DNA of 64,000 nt from NCBI GenBank assembly GCA_905331295.1, contig CAJNYD010000015.1:248001-312000 (forward strand), given 5' to 3'. Below the pieces are notes generated by a model, which was given only the letters and a program-made list of their open reading frames with translations, was not told the DNA's origin and did no database searches. A program made the translations under genes and the position numbers. The stretch comes from Rotaria socialis. Lineage: Eukaryota. The first letter of the stretch is position 1. Each line of letters opens with the position of its first letter. Below are positions 13,075 to 26,492 of this stretch, piece after piece.

Positions 13075-14582
13075 AGAGTGAAATTTTATTCACGATAGAT
13101 TAACTATTTTAAGCATTCATTCTCTTCAAAAAAAAACATAGTTTAGAGTATTACTCAATCAAACGGCGGCTTAAAAAAAACAAGATTTTAGTAATTGTTG
13201 AATCAAGATGAATAGGTCACGAAGAGAATAGTTTCAGAATTATTGTGGTATTTATAAATTCCTGTATGAATCGATAGTTGAATATGTGCTCATATACATT
13301 TCATATCTAAATTGAACAAATAATACTTAGAAGAAGTTTCATTGTATATTTTTCAATCAATATTTGTTCAAGTCAACATTGCAGTGTTAGTTACATCACG
13401 TAATAGTCAAGTTTCTGATGAATAACCAATAGAATTATCGAGAATTTCAGTCTTTAAAAACATAATTTTTCATTAATTGGACTACATTTTTTCATGTATT
13501 ACTTTACTCAGTTCGCCGAGATACAAGGCGAAGCAATGACAATTAGTATAAGTTGTATATGCCCTACGAAGCATATTAGAATAAACAAAATAAATTCTGT
13601 CGCGATGTCAATTATGATATGTTGCGAATGTAATGGGTAAAAATATAGACCTCAATAAATTTATAAAACGCCTCGTCGAATATGTATGCTAAAAATGCCT
13701 CTCATACTTCTGAATTACATTCGTAAGAACGATAAATTTAACATAGAAAAATTACTTTTGATTTTATCATTGATTCAACACAAAAGCTATCCATTATTAA
13801 AGTGATGCCACTATTTGAGCATATACTTGATGACATGCGGCAATATATATATATATATATAAATAGAAATCTTTCAATTTTTTATAGCCCAATTTCTTTG
13901 TTTGAGCTTTCGTGTATATGATTTTGAGACGTTTTTTGTAACCGGTTTAAAACGATATATTGAGTGCAGTTTATCATTTATAAAGAATACGATTCTGCTA
14001 TTCAAAATTAGAAACCGTTTTCTTTTATTAATACATTTTTTCGTTTCTAAGTCTGTATAACTATCGATAGAAAAAAATTATTCAAACAATACGGTAGACA
14101 GAAAGATCACTGACAGTTTAATAATAGAAAATATTCAAGTGCAGTAATCTTTCGAAAAATCAGAATCAGTCATCTGAGAGGGAAAAACAAGACGTCATGT
14201 TTATTTATACAACCAGCTTGTAGCATAGTATTTATCATGTGGCCATCAAAATACAGGTATACAAAAAAAAATAAAACGATAACAAGAAATTGGTTGTGAC
14301 TGATGACAGTGTACAGTAAAAGGGAAAAAACATAGTATGAAAGTATATCAAGCGTAAATAAGAATATTTAGCGTCTATTGACAACACAATAACCTCGCAG
14401 TTAATATTTATATCATTGAAAGGTAATAATTTCGTGAGTATGATGAAAACTTTATAGTATCTATTAATATTCAGTTACTTTCTTTCAACAATAAATAATA
14501 GAAGGAAAAAAATGGAAGCAAATTTAATTGTGTTATGTGTTTATTGTAGATTTTATAAATTTATTTCTATTGATTGAATAAA

Positions 14583-14846
14583 ATGGGTAACGATGTTAAA
14601 TCGCGTCTTCATTTAAATAAAAAACAAAATCGTTCCGAACAAATTAAAGCTACAAATGATGCAGCTTCAAGCTCAAGTAATGGTAGTGATCCAGTGGATC
14701 AAACAATTATGAGTGGTCCAAATCGTGCTCGTGCAGCTCAAGCTAAGCCAACAAGTGCTACTAGTGCTACTAGTGCACCAGCAACAGGTGGTCGTGATGC
14801 CGAAGCAGAAAATCCGCCAACTACTGCAGCTCGTGGTCGTAACTAG
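14583..14846 (+). CDS. 87-aa hydrophilic, probably disordered orphan protein
   Basis: Host-like codon bias, likely 5'UTR intron (GTGAGT ~14434 to TGTAG 14549), AATAAA ~70 nt after the stop; rich in A/S/T/N/R, with no Cys or aromatic residues. Confidence 0.75.
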   Translation: MGNDVKSRLHLNKKQNRSEQIKATNDAASSSSNGSDPVDQTIMSGPNRARAAQAKPTSATSATSAPATGGRDAEAENPPTTAARGRN

Positions 14847-16198
14847 CTTTTACTTTGTTTAAACAGTTCGCTTTTAATGCTAATCGTTTAATTCTCATTC
14901 CTGTATAAATAATAATAATAAAACTTTATCCGGTTCTCCATTGAAATAAGCATTGAAAATAATTATAGCAATCAGCTGTGCAATGATACTCATTGATTTT
15001 TTACGTAATTATAATGTAAAAATATTAGATTTTTCGATCAGTTCTTATGTAAAATCTCAAAAATATTTTGTTAGGAATCAAGTTTCTTTGAAAAAAAAGC
15101 ATTGGTAATTGAAAGAATCTCTTTCAGGACTATGGAACGATTTTTAATATCAGTTTCGTCCTTATTTATTTCTATACAAACTAAACGCAGGTGGGTAGGG
15201 AATCATAATCAAATCATGTATATTTCGAGAAATCATGATGTCATTTTGTTGAAGGTCTGTTAATGATTAATCGATTTCCAAGATCACTACTTGCTCTGTT
15301 TTTGATATACTCTGTCGAATATGATAGCTGATATTCAGACATCAGTAGTAAAGTTCTTCTTTAATCATATAAACATTGCTTTTTTTCATCAGAAAATAAA
15401 CTCAGAGATATCGTTAGGAAGATGGTGAGCTAAGGATCTTCAATTAATTGCTCTTTAAAGTTGATAATATTTTTATAAATAGTTCTCCGTTTGAAATAAA
15501 ATGACAAAAAAATCGATTTCCATTCGAAATACATTTTGTATGGATTCGTATAAACTAAATCAAACACCTAAGACTACTTGTACAATAAATGCAGTGGCAA
15601 AGGAAAAGGAAGCCAACGAAACATACTCGTGGGTTAAAACATGCATTTAAAAAAACTGTACTATAATAGACGATGCTATTTTTTCGATTTACTGAACATT
15701 TAATTATTAATAAAAATTCAATAGGATTCTTTTAACCCTCAAGAATACTAGCCATGAGTAAGAACATATGGTACGTTTCTACAGTTTATAGAACAGTTAA
15801 TAGAAGACGCACAATTTTCTTTTTTTTTCACGCTCATCTTTCTCTTTATAATATAATGAAAAACATTACTTTTTGTAATATATTATTTTCGGTTGATGCA
15901 TGTCTTTGAAATATGCTCATAAAAAAACAGCAACATTATCCTCTCAAGCATGACATATGATGATAGCAAAAATATACGAGTCTGGTGAAAACATATCGAA
16001 TTTAATTGAATACTTAGTGAATACCAATTATTTCGTGGCCTTGGTGGTTATTTTTTCTTCTGATGAAATAAATGACATGCCAAAACCTCTACTTTGTCAT
16101 TTATTATTTTATGCATCGAAAAGAAAGCTTTCAATACGTTGAATAAGAAATAAACAAATATTCTTACCTTAACTTAAAACTACATTAACATAATATAA

Positions 16199-16510
16199 AT
16201 GGGCAATCGTACATCTCGTAAAACTATGCAAAAACAAAACTCGAGTGCGTGCGATTCATCAATATACGCATCGAAGCAACCAGCTGAACAACCGTACTTC
16301 ATGAAACATCATATAGAAACACATTGTAATCTAGTGGATAACGTTCTAAATCATCATATGCAAGTAGTGAATTCAAACCCAGATATACCACCGTTAATTA
16401 AAAGTATTCATCAAACATCTTTACAACTTGCAATTAGACATCATTTTCATGCAACGTCTTTAAACACTCCACATTATTTACAACTCGAACAGTTAGTAGC
16501 GAATTTTTGA
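16199..16510 (+). CDS. 103-aa His/Gln-rich orphan with MGxxxS N-terminus
   Basis: Intronless ATG ORF with A-rich start context; no recognised domain. Confidence 0.5.
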   Translation: MGNRTSRKTMQKQNSSACDSSIYASKQPAEQPYFMKHHIETHCNLVDNVLNHHMQVVNSNPDIPPLIKSIHQTSLQLAIRHHFHATSLNTPHYLQLEQLVANF

Positions 16511-17050
16511 AAAAAAAATATGATCTAATTTAAAAAGATCGTTTAAAAAAAGCATTGGCATATATTTATATTTTAAAAAAGTGTAAATGTACAGATTCTA
16601 ATCATCTATTAGTTATTCATTTTTTCCTGGCTATCAATTGCATACTGTACGAGCCTATTATTCTATTCTAACAGACGCTTTTATGTAATTTGTTATACAT
16701 TTACAAAATATATTTCAAATTATAGTTTAGTACGTGATTCGTGTTGCACATAACAAGATATTCAAACAGTTAGTTTGAAGAAGCATTTCCTTCACTGTGA
16801 AATAATGAAACATTCAAGATGTTTCTATTTTACATCTGAACATTTGATTAGTAGAAAGAACAAAAAAAGAACGTTTGTTCTTTAATCTCTATTAATTAAA
16901 AACACTTCAAAAGACAAACGTTTAATTAGAATGATCGGTGCACATATTTATTAATCAGACCATATAAACAAAAAAATTGATAGAAAATTTTCAGTCATAT
17001 ATTAATAGGAATTTTTACATCAGTATTATCACAAACTTCATTCACTCATC

Positions 17051-17858
17051 ATGGATTCATACTCTCAATCATATAACTACTATACACAATCGCCATCATC
17101 ATCGCCATGCATTTATTCTAACTACAATACACCTACGACATCGTATTGTGCTTGTTGTTACCCATCAAATTCGTATTATCCACAACAAATCTCGCCAACA
17201 TTCGCGTATTCCCCACCGACCTCTCCTTTCATTCCCCAACATATACAGGTAGGAAAACTGTCGGTAAGAGAAAGTTACAGCGCATGCAATGCAGTAAGTC
17301 ACTTTGCCATTTTACATTTTCCTTCTCTTCAATTGCAATCAGTCTTTAACATGTTATATTTTTAGATTGTGACTCCAACTGCTACAACTCCAATTGTAAG
17401 TCTCTTCGGATTTATTCTTTTAATATTCTCATTTCTATTCTCTATAAATAGATTCAAACTCAAAAAGCATCATCAAAAATTACACGACTACAATATACAA
17501 ACAAAGATCGTTATATTCTCAATGAATTATTCAAACGAACACCTTATCCAAACGGTAAATTATCTTCACGTCTAATTTTAATGCATTTGTTTCTTTTTGT
17601 GAATTTGTAGCTATACAACGTGATGTAATTGCGCGACAACTTGGCATTACACATGAACAAATACGTATATGGTTTCAAAATCGTCGTCGTTTACAAACAC
17701 AACGTGATACTGGTGAACGATTAGCTACATCGAATGAAATGTTAGCTTTACAGCACGGAAGAACAGGCGTTAAATCAGACGAATTGAAAACATTTCTCAA
17801 TGAAGTTGCTCAATATAAAGATGCACCACCACGAATTCGACTCAATGATTCGTCTTAA
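17051..17858 (+). CDS. Divergent Q50 homeodomain transcription factor (4 exons)
   Basis: Exons 17051-17248, 17366-17395, 17452-17554, 17611-17858 give a Y/S/P-rich N-terminus and KITRLQYTNKDRYILNELFKRTPYPNAIQRDVIARQLGITHEQIRIWFQNRRR. Confidence 0.9.
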
Positions 17859-19395
17859 TATTTTCTAGATATTTCATTTTTCTTTTTGTACACTTGTTGT
17901 GTTTCAGTAATTAATGAATAAATTTTTGATTGAAATTTAACTTTGATTTGTTTAGGAGAAAATTTTCTTTTTGTATTGATATAAGCTCGTTCATAGTTAG
18001 ATATTTAGTAAGAGAAATCTTTACATAAACAACCTCGGGGATTTTTTTAAATATTTTCTATTTAGAATTAAAATGAAATTCATTCGACGGAAAGATTATG
18101 AACATCTGTAAACGTACGACCTTTTACCTATTTAGAGTATACATTTTTGAATGGCGGAATTTTTTGAATGAAAGAAAAAAATTGAATTTTATTGGATAAA
18201 ATCTCGGAATGTTGTTCGTTTTCTTTTGAATCAATTAGAATATGATACTAATTAAGTTACATAATTATTATGGATACATTCTGTCTGTGAACTGGTGATT
18301 ACCCTCATGGAGTTTGATTCTATGATGATTATGTTGATATTTACTTAAATATGTATCATCTTAAAATGTAGAAACATTGTCATGAAATTGTAATGTCTCT
18401 ACAAACTAGAAACCTTTTGATATTTGAGAAAATCGTCTTCGTGATCGTTTTTTTTTTTTTTTGAAATATTCAATAGGAATTTTCTTGAATTATATCATCA
18501 TATCGTACAGACCACATGTGAACAAAATGTCCTTTTATCCTATTTTTATGCTTCCGTTAACGAATTATCACACATTATACTATCGTTAACCAAGCATACA
18601 TAAGATGATGATACAGCATATTTCGTTATTGACTTTCATTCCGCAATATCAACACGAAAAGATCGTAAAAGAAATCTAAATGAGTTGATTGATTTGTATC
18701 GTCCAATAAGAATATTCATTTCGATTGTAGTAGATCAAGAATTTATCATTCAATCAAACAAAAAAGCTTTGTTTTGCTTGTCTATTCAAGCACATGAGAC
18801 AAATTTATGAGTTCGATGATATCATAAGATAAGCAATTTTTTTGGCTTTAAATCATTTATCATTATTCATTCAATTATATCAACAAAAACTAAATATATA
18901 AAATCGACGTAAGACTGATAAGGAATATATGTATAGTCTTGTTGGTCTGTATCTGGATAATGGGTGACCATACGCTCACTTTTGGACATCCAGAAGAAAA
19001 AAAAGAAAACAAAAGATCTATTATCGAATTTAATTGATTTTTTTGAAAAATAAAACGGAACATAAACGTGCTGATACACGCGTTTGCCAATGAGGCGTGA
19101 TATGTCTGTTGCTGATGAGCACGACAAGCAATCTCATTTATCAAAATAGAACATTTTTAACATTAGCTTGTTAATTTGTCCATCATTATTCGTTGATGAC
19201 AAATCGATTTTCACAATAGCCTGTTACCACTAGCAGAAGGCGGAGTAATATTGTTTTTTTTTTGAAAAACGAAATAAATTTAGAAAGAATATAATGATCG
19301 TTTTCTTGTTTTAAGAAGAAAAAATATTTTATTAAGGCCACCACAAAACAGAACAAAAAAAACACACTGTCTAATATATTACATAGTAGAGATGA

Positions 19396-20292
19396 TCAAT
19401 CACTGCCATCAAGAATATTTGAAAATGAAAGGTGATCAACTGTACATAAGCGACGTTGATGATCATAATAATTATTATTATTATTATTATATGGACTTGA
19501 CGTTTTATATAAAATCGTACGATTAGGTGTGCTAAAGAAATAAAACGAAAATTCCAGTATTATTTTTTTCCAAGTCTAAATAAAGTTCTTTTTTCTTTTG
19601 ACTCACCTCCACTTCATTGGTCCAATGGAAAAAAGTTCATCGCGACTTGCAGTTTCATCATGAAATATATGTTGAGATTGTTTCGTATGGGAATAATGTG
19701 ACATTGTAGGATAATCAAATGAATCTCTGGGTGAAGGTATATAGGGTCTTTGCCGTGTAACCGAGATTATATTGGATGTTGTTGATGAGAGAGCCAATGG
19801 TGAACCATATCGACTCAATGGTTGAATCTTTCGAATCAATGCCACTTGCTATGAAAGAGAAAAAATAATAATAAGTTAGAAAAATCGAGTGGCTTTTTGT
19901 TGTTTACAGAAAAAGATGAAACTTACAAGAGATTCAGAACTGAGTCTTTTTGGCGTTTTTAAATCTACACTACGCCGACGTGTTCGTTGAATCAATGGAA
20001 TTGGCTTTGGAGAATGTGAAATAATAAATGTTTTAAGTGATGATCGACGACGACGTCGATGATGTGGAGTATTTGTACTATTATTATTAGAATTATTTGG
20101 TGAACATGTTCTTTGTCGTACGCGACTATTAACAAGAATAGTGGCTGTTAAATCTGCTGATGTTTGAGAAAGATTCAGACTTGTCTGAACCGATTGATCA
20201 CGTTTTGCACATGGTTGTGGTTGTGTAAGGAATTTATTAGTGAGACGACCGAATATTGATTTTCTTCGTTTGGATACTTTTTCAATACCCAT
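19396..20292 (-). CDS. Ser/Arg-rich basic low-complexity orphan protein (3 exons)
   Basis: Two ORF-track exons plus a terminal exon (...TPNRTILYKTSSPYNNNNNNYY...DGSD*) join in frame through GT-AG introns. Confidence 0.7.
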
Positions 20293-23200
20293 TTTAAATC
20301 AGTATTAGAAAAAAAGTGAGTGAGTAAATGTTGAAGCAAATTAGAATATATAAGGAAAAGAGGAAATGAAGAGAAGAGAAAAAAAGAATAATAGCCAATC
20401 AGAAGAGAGAGAGATTGACTTCTTTTTGTTTTCTGTATGTGAATGTTTCCTTATTGTTGATGTAATGTTTTAATCCGATGAAAACTAAGTGTTTATCAGA
20501 AGCCTGCAGGGTGATTGAGCAGAATAACTGTTTTCTACTATTTTCGAAGTCGAAATAAAAATAACAGAGGTGGAGACACGAGACAAGATTTTGTTGTTTA
20601 TATAGATCATCCGATAAGATGATGAACTAGCGTCAAGTGTTGTGTGTATGGGAGACAGATTGCATCACAGAGCTTTGAGCGTGTCAAATGAAATGATCAA
20701 AATATGAGTAAGAGTAAATGTGTGAATATATTGGACATGCGATTTAACTTTTTTGTTTCCAGAGTAGATGATCAACTTGATTTGTTTGATCCTGAGCGTG
20801 CTTTCGCACAACAATCAAGGTAGACAGACATATGGTCTAATGTGCGTGGGACTGAAAACAAAAAAATCCTTTTTTCTTTCTTTTCAGTTGATTGCTTATG
20901 CTTTTCATATAAACATAACTTGCTCGTCAGATTTCGTTTTTGACATTTTAACTAGTAAGGAAAACAAACTATATGTAGATAATTAATGTTCTTTTTCAAT
21001 AGAGCAAAAGAACAACAGTGTAGAGAAAGTTTCGAAAACTCGTTTTTAAAACAACACTAATCAACTTGTGATAAGAAAAACAATAGCGAAGACATCTAAA
21101 TCATTGCTGACATTAAGTTTTCTAATGACTCTAATGCAACACATAATGATGACATATAGGAAGAGACTCGTAAGTAAATAATGCTGAAATTCTCAAGCAG
21201 ACAGAATACTTTAAGAGATGTTCAATCAAATGTGACCTTCGAAAATACCAACAAAAAAAGCAGCACAACCAACAAGTACTGTCACCCACTTCTATTTTTA
21301 TTGTCGATCAAATGTGAAAACAAATCGTTTTTTATTTTGTTTTGAACTCTCGGTCTTGTTCACACATTTTTAACATGTTATCAATAGCAGATCAAATATA
21401 TATTTGAGAATGAGAATAGATTTGTCGATGAAGAAAACTTAAACTATTCGACAATGCCTAAAGACAAACAAGTTCGGTTACCTATTGAGCATATCACTTT
21501 GCTAAGAAAAATAGTGAATGCACTAATGATCGTTGGACAGCAGGAGGTAAGTATTTGGCTGCCGTTTGTCTGGTTGATATGACGGACTTCTCCGTAGGGT
21601 ATATTTAATTGTTGTTGACTCATCAGCGCGTGCCAAGCCTATTTAAATTCTTATCAGTACACTTGCGTAAGCATAAAAAGACATTCTTCGTTGTTCTTTC
21701 TTTTTTAATTGAATATGAAAATGAAACCAACGAATTTGTTGATTAGTAGATAATTCGTTTTTTTTTTCTTTTTAACTCTTTTTTTTTGTTTTTGAATTTC
21801 GTCATTCATTTTCTTTTATGGGAATGTGAAAGATAATTATGAGCGAGCTTTTTAATCGAACGAACGATGCCAATAATTCACGTGCCATTTACGTTATGTG
21901 CTAGAAAAACATCTACACACTAGGATATAAACTATGCACGATTGTCAACCTGGAAACAGATGATTAGATCACCGGGATGTCAATCGCTTTATTTCACTCA
22001 ATTTATTTATATGAATGTCTTTATTCAACTCGTGGCTCGTGTCACCTAAAAATAAATTATCCGACTGTCATTGTGGGAAAATTATGTTATTAAAATAGAC
22101 CTAGCGAACAACATTAGATTATTATGACGATGATCATCATCGTCTATTGAAAACGGGGAGAAAAAAAAGAAAGATTTTGACACAGTTATGCTCTGTAATT
22201 TTCTAGAAAAAAAACGATGCCGAACTCTTGACGTTGAAGAAGAACAGTGAGTAAGTGTGATAATTGCGGCTTGTTAGATTTTATGAGTATATGTCTATAT
22301 TAAGATCAAAAAAGACAAAATATTCAATTAAAACTTGATGATTACGTTTTAAGAGAATTTTTTATGATTCTTCATATCTTTGAACTTGAAGTTAAAGAAA
22401 AAGAATAGATAAGCAAAATAGTCTCGTTGCTTTTTTTTCTCACTACATAAACGTTTGTTTTACTTTTTTTTACGACAAGGTGTCATGTTCTATTGTCATC
22501 ATATCATCTCTGTCTCTCTTGACCGATGTCCAAAAAACGTCGGTTGTATCACTTGATATATATATATTTATATAAATATATTCTGTTTTCATAACGTCAT
22601 GGATCATTTTCTGACGGTATGCAATCTCAAGGCGACAACTCATCGAATTAAAAAATATGAAGAATACAGTGTGTCCGAAAGCATATTTTTGTTGTTTGAT
22701 GATGAGAAGAAGTAGCACATGCAAAAAATGAACGTGATTTTGTATACACTTCGGAAATAATCAAATGCGTAAAGTTAAATTTTGATTGAACGGTGTGAAA
22801 TTCAAACTTATGCAATGAATGACACGTTCTATATGAAAAAAAGGAAGAAGAAAACTAATTTTCCTTGACCGTTGAAATAACTTTATTCGATATTTTGTGT
22901 CTTTTTTTTTCGTTTTGTTTTCGAAAAGAAGGAAAAACAGTAATACAAGAAAATGATGGATGATCGTGACAAACGAGACAAGCGATTCATCATTCGACTT
23001 TTTTTTCTATAGATCTATTTTGGCATTTTCAATGAGCCCATCGCGCAACATATACGCGTGCGGCATACAATCGCTCGATTAGCATGTCTATCAATATGCT
23101 TGTTTGAAGTGGATATTATTTTGTTATTGTTAGTTCTTGAAGTTTCTTCTCTTTTTTTTTTGAGGTTTGCTCATCATCATTAACAATCTATTTACTATTG

Positions 23201-25207
23201 TCGATTTTCTTTTTCTCTTGAGATCACATCTTTGAAGTAAGTTATATAAATATATGAGATTTTAATTCGTAAATTTTCTTGTTAGTTTAAGAAATTCACT
23301 TCGATTGATATGCCATTATATTAAGACTTTTATTTTTATTGGTTTAGATCGAAAACGAAATCAGTTGCATATATGGATCAAACATCGATAACTAATTAGC
23401 TATGATCATTATCAACTAGAGTCTCAAGTGTATACGTCTTACAGATAGACGAAAATGATAACAACTAATTTAGCACTTCACCATCAAGCAGTAGGAGATC
23501 AATTCATTATGTAATAATGCATCATTGATTGAAAATATTACGTAGAAAGCAAGAAAATCAAAGGCATTCAGTTGAAATACTTAACATTGAAAAGAAAACA
23601 TCGTTATTTTGTATCTATTTTATCAAACCATTGAAAACGAATATTTTTTGAGTTGTTCTATCTTAGGCGTATAAGCTATTGTGCATCTTTTTTCTTTAAT
23701 ATGAAAAATCATTTTGAAAAATGACACTGATTTTCTTCTATGTCGAATTATAAGAACTTTTCCGAAGCCTCCTTAGATCATTATTTTTACAATCATACTA
23801 CTACGAGATATTCGGTACCGATTGAAATTTTCTAATACTAATTTCGTCAGATATGAAACAGGATAATTTCAAGCTGATAATTTTAAATGGTTCCATAGTC
23901 CAATGTTGACAGAAGTTTACACCGTATTGGTCGAATTTAGAGATCCACATTTCTCACCGCACAACACCATCATTCGTACGGGCAACCATATTCAATTCAT
24001 AGAGTCAAAGTAAAAACGACAAGCAATAAGTAGAATGTGCGGTTCGCAAATAAAAATTGGAGACACTCAGTAATCACAAATGAAACAATGTACTATATGA
24101 TTCGAAAGTTGAATACATTACTGAACATTAGATTTATACACCAAAAAAGGTTACAGTTCGAGCACTATCCTCAGGCATGCGTATATGAAGTAGCACTTGC
24201 CCTTGTGCGAAGAAACATAATTAACTAAATGTTCATCAAGACTCTAGAGCGAAGCAACGAATATCAAAAAGATTCATTTTTTTCAATTTAATTTAAATGA
24301 TAAATTGAGGTTTGAAAACATATACGTATGACCTTAGCACTTTTGTCTAAGGACCGATATGAAGAAACAAAATGATTCTGATGTGAAAACAGCGTTGAAT
24401 TCGTACAGCATGGCTAAGAAGCTTGATTCTTTGCTTTAAGTAGAGTATTAAGAATCAATAGCTAACAAAGATATCGATTGATTCGTCTATGCGCTATTTT
24501 GGACCTGTAAGAAAACTTGTATAAAAATCTCAAATCATTCTTGTTTTGTTTTGTGTATTTTCAACATATTCTACTAAGAAAGATTCATCGTTTTGAGTGA
24601 ATAGTTTTTCAAATTATTACACAGATTATTTCTTGATATTTAGCAATAACGATCAAGTTTTATGGTCGCTATTAAAAAATCTCCACTGACTCACATAACA
24701 TATGAATCATTTGACCTATTTATTTATCATCACTTTGTATGTCGTCTGACCTACTTGTGACGAATATGTGATGTTTTTTACGCAAGAATCGAAGAAAAAC
24801 AACAGATGATAACTGCCTCAAGTACAACAAATATATATTTAATGACTGAGGAATTTCGATTTTAAATCTAATTAAATAAAATAAATTTATTGCTTTTTAT
24901 TCAAGTTAACAAATTTTTGTTTACATTTCAATTGGAAAATAATAAGAATTATTGAAGTCACGTGTATGCCTATGATGTAGTTCTCTTTTCATTAATGAAA
25001 GCGTCACACTGGGTAAAAACCCAATGTAGACTAATATAAAGCTATCCAAAGCGTTTACTCATTACTTTAAAATGCATATAACGTCTAGTTGAAAAACATT
25101 GCCTATTGCATTCATATTGAAACAAAAATATTCTTCAAAATTTTCATACAGTTGATTAATTAAAATACTCTACAATCCTTCTAATCCATCATAAATATAA
25201 AATAATA

Positions 25208-26386
25208 ATGACACCATTATTCTTAATCGTTGTACCATTCGTTATGTTATTGATCAGGTTCCGCCAGTGGAAAAAATGCAAGCCCTCTAACATTACTATA
25301 TCGACTGCAAATGAGGCGCATAAGATCCTAAAATCCAGTGATTACAATCGGCAAAAGCCTAACGAATGGCTTATAGAAACTCTGTCGATTGTGAATCCTT
25401 TTACAATTAACGATGCATCTCTTCAGAAAGCATTTAAAACAAATGCTATGAAAATATTAACAAATTATACTAATCAGCAAAATTACGAAAAACTTGTGCT
25501 AACAATCAGAAATCGAATACAACATCGAATAACATTATTACAATTGAAAAATAGAAAATTTTGTTTATCAAAATTAGCTAAACAAGTTACACTAGATTGT
25601 TTTCTTACAGAGATTCTCGGTGTTCATGCTAATGAAGATCTTCTTACTGAACTACCTGAATTAATTATTCATCTCTGGAAAAATCGAAATGATAAAACAG
25701 CAAAAGATCGTTTAAAACAAATATTTCAAACTCACAACGATCAATTTTCCCAGTCCAAAACATGGCAACAAATAAAAACTATCTTATCGGAACGCTCAAA
25801 CATTATTTCCAACATGTCAACAAATGATTTCGATGAAAAGATTTCTAATCCATTGAATATTATTGTTCCAGGTTGGGAAACTATGTGGCGAGTTGTCTTC
25901 TACACATTACTTGAACTAATTCGTCGTCCAAACTTAGTTGAACAATTATGTTCACAATTTAATGAGCATTCAAAATCCTATCGAGATTGTCTTTTACTCG
26001 AATGGATTCTAAAGGAAACACTACGATTATATCCGCCAACGAAAAACATCTATCGAACAAATTTAAACACTGGTGAAAATGTATGCATAAGTGTTCAACA
26101 GATTCACCGGGACAAAACAGTATGGGGATCTGATGCGCTCAATTTTAATCCATATCGTTTTAAAGATATATTAACTCCGGAACAACGGCAATCGTATTTA
26201 CCCTTTTCAATTTCTTGCCCAGCTCGATTCGGATTCGCTTATAAATTCGCTGGAGCAATCGTAGCCGAAATTCTCAACTTTGGCCCCAATTTCAGCATAG
26301 CTAAGGAATTTGAATCAATGCCACCCACTGATAAATTACTAGATCTTGTACGTGACTCGTATAACGATTTGTTAATAAACATCTAA
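25208..26386 (+). CDS. Intronless atypical cytochrome P450 (fungal-like; HGT candidate)
   Basis: N-terminal hydrophobic anchor, I-helix PGWETMWR, K-helix ETLRLYPP (ExxR), FNPYRF (PERF-like), heme loop YLPFSISCPA. Confidence 0.88.
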   Translation: MTPLFLIVVPFVMLLIRFRQWKKCKPSNITISTANEAHKILKSSDYNRQKPNEWLIETLSIVNPFTINDASLQKAFKTNAMKILTNYTNQQNYEKLVLTIRNRIQHRITLLQLKNRKFCLSKLAKQVTLDCFLTEILGVHANEDLLTELPELIIHLWKNRNDKTAKDRLKQIFQTHNDQFSQSKTWQQIKTILSERSNIISNMSTNDFDEKISNPLNIIVPGWETMWRVVFYTLLELIRRPNLVEQLCSQFNEHSKSYRDCLLLEWILKETLRLYPPTKNIYRTNLNTGENVCISVQQIHRDKTVWGSDALNFNPYRFKDILTPEQRQSYLPFSISCPARFGFAYKFAGAIVAEILNFGPNFSIAKEFESMPPTDKLLDLVRDSYNDLLINI

Positions 26387-26492
26387 TTTTACCGATAAAT
26401 ATATCAATTTATTGTTTTTAATTTTTGTATATACTGTGTGCATAAAACTGATTAATAAAAAATAAAGGATACAAAAGGAAAATGTGTGTTTA

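Noticed and set aside
18867..19144. Two minus-strand ORFs and a hairpin (TCTGGAT...ATCCAGA, ~18952-18994)
   Set aside because: The ORFs run through poly-T tracts; the hairpin is short and asymmetric and matches no miRNA seed I recognise; probably 3'UTR.
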